From Macrostomum lignano (taxonomy: Eukaryota), in contig NIVC01003241.1 in NCBI GenBank assembly GCA_002269645.1, positions 56,317 through 109,423 on the forward strand: 53,107 nt of DNA, given 5' to 3'. The position numbers and the translations under genes were made by a program. This document shows positions 47,545 through 53,107 of the stretch, in pieces. The stretch's first letter is position 1. Each line of letters starts with the position of its first letter. The notes under the pieces are model-generated. The model saw only the letters and a list, made by a program, of their open reading frames with translations. It was not told the origin of the DNA and did not search any database.

Positions 47545-50500
47545 TCAAACACTCTCAGCCTGCTTAGCGGCAAAGAATTCGGTCAATGTTTTCACAGCCA
47601 GACTCGAATTCAGCGGCCTTGGCAACAGCGATTGGCCAATCCAATCGGGCAGTTTAGCTCGGACAGCTGGCCGAGAGTAGCGACTATCCAGCAATACTAT
47701 GGCTGCGTAATCTGATTTGTGACGAATAGCCCGACCGATGCACTGATTGACAGCTCGCATGCACAGGCTCTCGTAGTGGGCGCGACCGGCGTTCGGACCG
47801 AATCTGGGGAGGGGGGGGGGGTTGTTGGTGATTTCAGATTAGTGTATTTTTTTATTACACCTGCCCTAATTGGGCCAGATGTACAACCGACAGCTCAGCT
47901 GCACACTCTCAATTACCCCAGCTAAATCTGGCACCCATTTTACAGCTGCGTGAACTGAAGCAATGCAGAGTTAAGTGTCTCTTGCTCAAGGACACAAATT
48001 GTTCCAAGTGAAAATCGAGAATCGAACCCCCGACCTTTCAGTCAAGAGTCCGACGCTCTAACCATTATGCTACAATCTCCATTCGTGTGCAATTCTTGTA
48101 ACAGATGCTAGCAACTATGACAAATCCCCAGTGACCAACCTGTAACCAATCGCAGCGGTAGAAACTGGGTGGAAATGAGGATAAATAGCAAAGCAAAACT
48201 AAGCGAAGCAATGGAGAGAAGTGGGAGGAAGGAGATATGGAGGAGAGTAAGGGGAGAAGGGATGGGAGATAAAAGAAAGGATGCGAGAGTAGAGGGGAGG
48301 GAGGGAGGCTAAGAGAAGAGGTAAGAGATGTGAGAGTGGGGAGGGAGGAGAGGGTGAGGGGAGAGAGGGAGGTGGCGAGAGGAGAGAGGGTGAGGAGAGG
48401 GAGAGGGTGAGGGAAGAGGGAGGGCGAAGGATAAGAGTGGTAAAATAATAAAGAAAGCAAAATCAATAATGAGGATAAAGCAATGAAAATCATCCCGAAT
48501 CGAATCAATCAACCAACTACCCACCTGTCAGACAGATAGGCCATAGTCTCAATCAGCTCAGGCGAGCCCTTATTAGGATAGGGCATCCCCAGCATAACAA
48601 CGCACCGACCAAAGTCGTCAGCAAAATTGATACCCTCGGACAGTCGGCCGCCAACCGGACAGGACCACCTGTGGTAGAACAGGCGCTTCCGGTGGCACAG
48701 ACGAGCCAACCGGCCGTCCGACTGCCAGCGACTATGGACGGCCGATTCCCAATCGTGCGACGGGAAGAACACAACGGCTCCGGATGGGACGGCCGACAAC
48801 AGGTCGACTAGGGCGTCGCCTGCGGCTGTTAATAGATCTGGCTGGTTTTTGGCAGACTGAGTGAAGCACAACTGGTGTCCAGCGTTGCTGCTGCTGTCGT
48901 AGCGATCGACAACTAACGCTAGCACGTTCCGCTTGTCAACCACGTGACCGCATGAGAACTGCTCTACCTGGATTAGTTGATTAAGAAAAGTTAGAAGTGC
49001 AAGTTTTAATTCAGTACAAAGGGGATGTGAACTGAAGCTCCAGAATGGAGCTCGAATGAGGCCAGCAGACCAAACCGACTGGAATCGATAACTTGTCGGA
49101 CCAGATGACTATAACCGTCTGGACATTTGGCCCTTACTCTTAACGAATGGATTTCAACCTGAGTCAATCCTCATGTCATCGATTTTATGCCAGACGCTGA
49201 TTTTAAAGATGCAGAGGGAGGGTGGAGTAAGGTGGGCTTGGATTTTTGCGAAAATTCGATTGGTCCTCCCGAACCATTTTTGCGGGTCGCCTCCTAAGGT
49301 GGGGGGGGGGGCGACCGCTTCCCCACCCGCCAGCCCGAGTGGCGCTTATGGCACCTTATGGTCTTAGGCAATTAGACCGTAAAAAAGTCGCGGCCTAAAC
49401 CAAAAACTGAAATGTGAGGGCCATTGACTCGCTTCTTGGTTTCCAAAATAATCACTATCCTTAACATGGCTTAAGGGCTGCATAACACTGCGCGTCCTTG
49501 AGATAAACTCTAGAGCCTAAAGTTCACATGAAATCCCCATTTATCCCATTTCTTCCCCACGACCCAGTAGAATAGACTCGGGTGGGATGTGTCAGCGTTT
49601 GTAGTCATCTGGACTGACAAGCTATCGATTCCAGTCGGTTTGGTCTGCTGGCCTCATTCGAGCTCCATTCTGGAGCTTAAGTTCACATCCCAGTAACATA
49701 GACCATATTCTCACTCACTTAATCTCTATCTCACAGACCTTCACTCTATCAACGCAGACACTAATATTCACCAGCCAATAGAAATGAAAAATCCCCACAG
49801 ACCTGACTGCAGCCAGCGGGCACGAACAGCTGGGTGATGAGATCATCCACCGGTCGCATTGTACCGCCGGCAAGGATGACGCAACGCGATTGTTGAACAA
49901 CTTCGGCGAAATGCGAAGCGGGATTCAGTAGGAGGTACTTCAGGTGGGCGCCCGGCTGAAGCAGGACTCGCCCGTCATCGTCTGCGCTGAGCAGAGCGGA
50001 TAGGAAGGCCTGGTTGTTGAATAGAAGAAATTGGAGAGTTGTTCATGGGCTCATTATTGGGTCATAAGTAGATTATTTGGCCATAAACTGATTATTGGGT
50101 CACAAGCTGAGGATTTAGGTCACAAGCTGAGGATTTAGGTCAAAAGCTAGGGAATTGGGTCATAAGCACAGGATTTAGGTCATAAAATGATTATTGGGTC
50201 ATAAGTTGAGGATTTAGGTTATAAATAGATTATTAGGTCATAAGCTGAGGATTTGGGTCATAAGTTGAGGATTTGGGTCATAAGTTGAGGATTTAAGTCA
50301 TAAACTGAGGATTTTGGCCATAAGTTGAGGACTTGGGTCATAAGCTGAGGATCGGGTCATAAACTGAGGATTGGGTCATAAGCTGACTGTAGTTTCATAA
50401 GCAGAGGATTTGGTCATAAGCGGAGGATTGGGTCATAAGCTGACTGTAGGGTCATAAGCAGAGGATTTGATCATAAGCTGATTATAGGGACATGCCTAGA

Positions 50501-52710
50501 TATTGGTTGTTCCTATTAGTCGTGACAGAATTGGCCATCTCATTGGAATATAGTCGGTAGATCTGATATAAAAGCTGGGATTAGGACCCAATAATGACAA
50601 GTGGTATCGAAGGCTGATCGATCCATACTGATTGTGGTAAATAACCAACCTGCATTTGCAATAAAGGCGCCTGTTTGCCTTCCCCAGAGCCGCTACCGCC
50701 GCCTACTACGACGCCCTTTTTTGAACCTCCAGCACCACCATCGCCGACTTTCCTCGACAGGCGAGCCTCTTTCAATCGGCGCAGCAGATCTGGCACGTCT
50801 ACATTGTCGATGCCGCAGTGCAGGTGGAACTCCGTGACGCCAAATACCTTGACGCAAGTGGAGTCGGCTGTAGTAGAAGAACTGGAAGTGCCGATATTTG
50901 AACCGGAAGCACCAACTTTAGAGCCGGAAATGCCTACTTTAGAACCGGAAGTGCCGATATTTAAACCGAAAGCACCAACTTTAGAGCCGGAAATGCCTAC
51001 TTTAGAACCGGAAGTGCCGATATTTGAACCGGAAGCACCAACTTTAGAGCCGGAAGTACCAACTTTAGAGCCGAAAATGCCGATTTTAGAATCATAAGTG
51101 CCGATTTTGAACAGGAAGTGCCAACTTTAGAACTGGGAGTACCTTTAGCAAAAGCAAGACTTTGATCAGGAGAACCGGAAGAAACAACAGTCGAACAGGA
51201 AGTACGAGCGGCAGTTTTAGAAACGTCACCATCTACAGCGGCCAACAACTGCTTAGCAACCAGTCGAGCACGCCGCACCATCAGCAGATTCTGAGGTGCT
51301 AAACGACTAAGATATCGCGCCTCGTATTCGGCTAATTGATCGACAGCCAAGCGCAGATGTCCGACAGTCAAACAGACGCTGTGCACACCCGCTAGAGTCT
51401 CTAATAGGTTGTGCGCCTCGTCAATCACAAGGACGTGACCGCGCAGATTTAATCCGGTTGCTGCTCTTGTGCCCCGATGTAGCAAAGTCTGGTAGGGTAG
51501 CAACAACAGCTGGGCTAGCGGAGCGGCCCGGCGCGCTGCGTAATATGGACAGGCGCGCCGCTCGCGGCCCAATCTGGCCAGATCTTCAATGTCTAACGGG
51601 GGGCCCCGTAGAGCCTCGCGAGCCAGACTGTCTATGGCGGAGCGTCGATAATAGGGACACCCGCCGCCACCGCCGCAGCCGCCGTCGTCTTTAGCGACGC
51701 GAGCTCGTTTAGCGGGAGGCGATTTGTCACCTCGATTTTCTTTGCCGGGTTCTGTGAGGAAGAAAAAAAATAAGCCGGAAATCTAGCATTACTACTTGAA
51801 TTAGTGGTTATAATGAATAGGAATGAAGCAACAGGTCTTTGTCACTCTATGGGAGTAGGACTGGTGTGAAGCATTAGGTCTTTGTCACTCTATGGGGGTA
51901 GGACTGGTTTGAAACATTAGGTCTTTGTCACTCAGGGAGTAGGACTGGTGTGAAGCATCACGGCTTTGTCATAAAGGTAGATCTTTTCATAAAGAATTGG
52001 AATGAAGAATGAGCTGTTTGTCACTTTTAGGAAGAAAAGACATGTATGAAACATCAAGTCTTTGTCAATTTAGCGAATCCGAAGAATCTAGTCTTTGTCC
52101 ACTTTAAAAAGGAAGACTTCAAATAAATAGACACCCTTTTGACTCGGTTACTTTAATAAAGCAAAACCATGAAGGAAAGTCGCTTCCCCGTTAATTGACA
52201 AGCTTAAGCTTTCACGCACCAGCCTTGTTTCCGGACGATTTCCTTCTCAATTCCAAGCATCTCTCATTAATAAGAGCCGAGGCGCCAAGAGCCGTAACAT
52301 CCGAATTGACGCATAAACAGTTGCGAGCTGCCAGACTAACAGCCGACAGCTTATTGGCATGCACCGTACGACTAAACTCCTTACGAATTTGCGACAACTG
52401 CGAATGAGTCCTCGAGGCAAACAAAATCTTTGTCGGCTCTACGGCAGTCGATTCTTCGACACTGTCAATTTCTTCGTCAATGCGATCTTCCAAGTCAGCT
52501 TCTTCGTCCGATTCGCCAGATCGAATTTTCTCCAATTTTTGCAAAGCTTTCTCACGCGCTTCTAATTTGGCGCGTTCGGCATCGTTTTGGCGCTGACGCT
52601 GGCGCTTGGCCGCAAACTCTGCGATCCAAGCGTCGGGCGAAGCGGTGGAGCTGGATTCCACGGAATCCGGATTCAATTCCGCAGTTAAACTTGACAAGCT
52701 GAGCTTCTGT
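47545..52710 (-). CDS. ddx11: Fe-S cluster DEAH helicase DDX11/Chl1, 5'-incomplete in this window
   Basis: Exons complement(~52220-52710, 51230-51751, 50650-50867, 49803-50009, 48525-48967, 47545-47803) with consistent phases. SRTHSQLSQ, four Fe-S Cys (LCVN, INERC, GCPYY, ACPYY), [46 protein letters not shown] motif and Walker A are not seen. Confidence 0.93.
47880..48070 (+). mobile_element. L2/MIR-type retroposon 3' tail in the last DDX11 intron
   Basis: CACCCATTTTACAGCTG...CTTGCTCAAGGACAC...GAATCGAACCC...CTCTAACCA pattern; a second copy is at 29890. Confidence 0.55.
48215..48480. repeat. Polypurine (GA-rich) low-complexity tract
   Basis: Direct reading; intronic. Confidence 0.85.
49022..49691. 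mobile_element. MITE with about 105-bp TIRs, Mutator-like
   Basis: 49022-49126 pairs with 49587-49691 (GGGATGTGAACT...). Flanks AGTACAAAG / AGTAACATA only partly match, so the 9-bp TSD is unproven. Confidence 0.65.
50085..50485. repeat. Degenerate ~20-bp minisatellite (GGGTCATAAGCTGAGGATTT) in a DDX11 intron
   Basis: Direct reading. Confidence 0.9.
50885..51140. repeat. 21-bp minisatellite (CCAACTTTAGAGCCGGAAGTG) in DDX11 intron 50868-51229
   Basis: Direct reading; gives a spurious EPEVPTL repeat ORF on the + strand. Confidence 0.92.
51833..51970. repeat. About 43-bp repeat, 3 copies plus decayed copies (AGGTCTTTGTCACTCTATGGGAGTAGGACTGGTGTGAAGCATT)
   Basis: Direct reading; intronic in DDX11. 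Confidence 0.8.
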
Positions 52711-53107
52711 CTGCGAGCATTTAAAGAAGGATTATTAAACTTTTTAATAAAACTCAAACCATTTGTATCGAGAAGTTTAAAAATCCAAGAACTAGTGGCT
52801 ATTATCTTGGAATAATAATCAACTTATCAGTGCTTATTACAATAACAGTAAAGAAATAGCTAGCGTCTCTAGCGACAATACGTAATTGGGGGGGGGGGGG
52901 GTACGAGATAGCCTCGGGTTGACTCACGCCAGTTAAACTCACTCGAATACTTTCTGTACAGTGTACATGTAACTTCTCGCCCAATAATAAATCATGATTA
53001 AGTTTCCGCATTGAATTGTCTAGTCGCGGCATTTTTAAACTATTGACAGGCTTAAAAAATTCTTCAAAAAGCTACCAATTTTGCAGTAGCACTTTGAGAG
53101 TGAGTAC

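Noticed and set aside
48015-48065. tRNA gene (GAATCGAACCC is the reverse complement of a B-box-like motif)
   Set aside because: No cloverleaf or A-box. It sits in a repeated retroposon-tail context also seen at 29890 and about 29365.
50675-51097. EPEVPTL-repeat mucin-like ORF
   Set aside because: 21-bp repeat antisense inside a DDX11 intron whose splice sites restore the helicase frame.
51628-51640. GTCTATGG motif inside DDX11
   Set aside because: It encodes A-I-D-S within an exon and is treated as chance, so it is not counted in the motif family.

Overview
This is eukaryotic (metazoan) genomic DNA with GT-AG introns and very dense tandem repeats. The style fits a free-living flatworm such as Macrostomum, but that is inference only. 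There are no prokaryotic features and no CRISPR. I reconstructed exon chains by hand for: (1) an unknown beta-propeller-like/coiled-coil/polyQ gene (+, 1421-4605); (2-3) two tandem paralogs of a secreted WSC+PAN/apple protein (-); (4) a cholinesterase with an intact triad, two gorge-rim insertions and a probable GPI tail (+, 13775-21254); (5) a secreted protein with six F-type-lectin (FTP) domains in A-B-A-B-A-B order plus a C-terminal kringle (-, 23667-30611); (6) glutamine synthetase II with an in-frame TGA at a catalytic Arg; (7) intronless WDR77/MEP50; (8) the 3' part of DDX11/Chl1. Mobile DNA with visible TIRs/TSDs includes a P-superfamily derivative with a THAP remnant, a Harbinger-like element, a hAT-type MITE, a MULE-like MITE and a solo LTR inside a satellite. 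The most striking signals are intronic tandem arrays built from splice signals themselves (24 copies of CAG|GTGAGT; about 140 copies of CTAAC), the cationic lectin-kringle protein lacking the fucose-binding His in all six domains, and the nonsense codon in glutamine synthetase. Four single-base deletions in G/C runs look like long-read errors.
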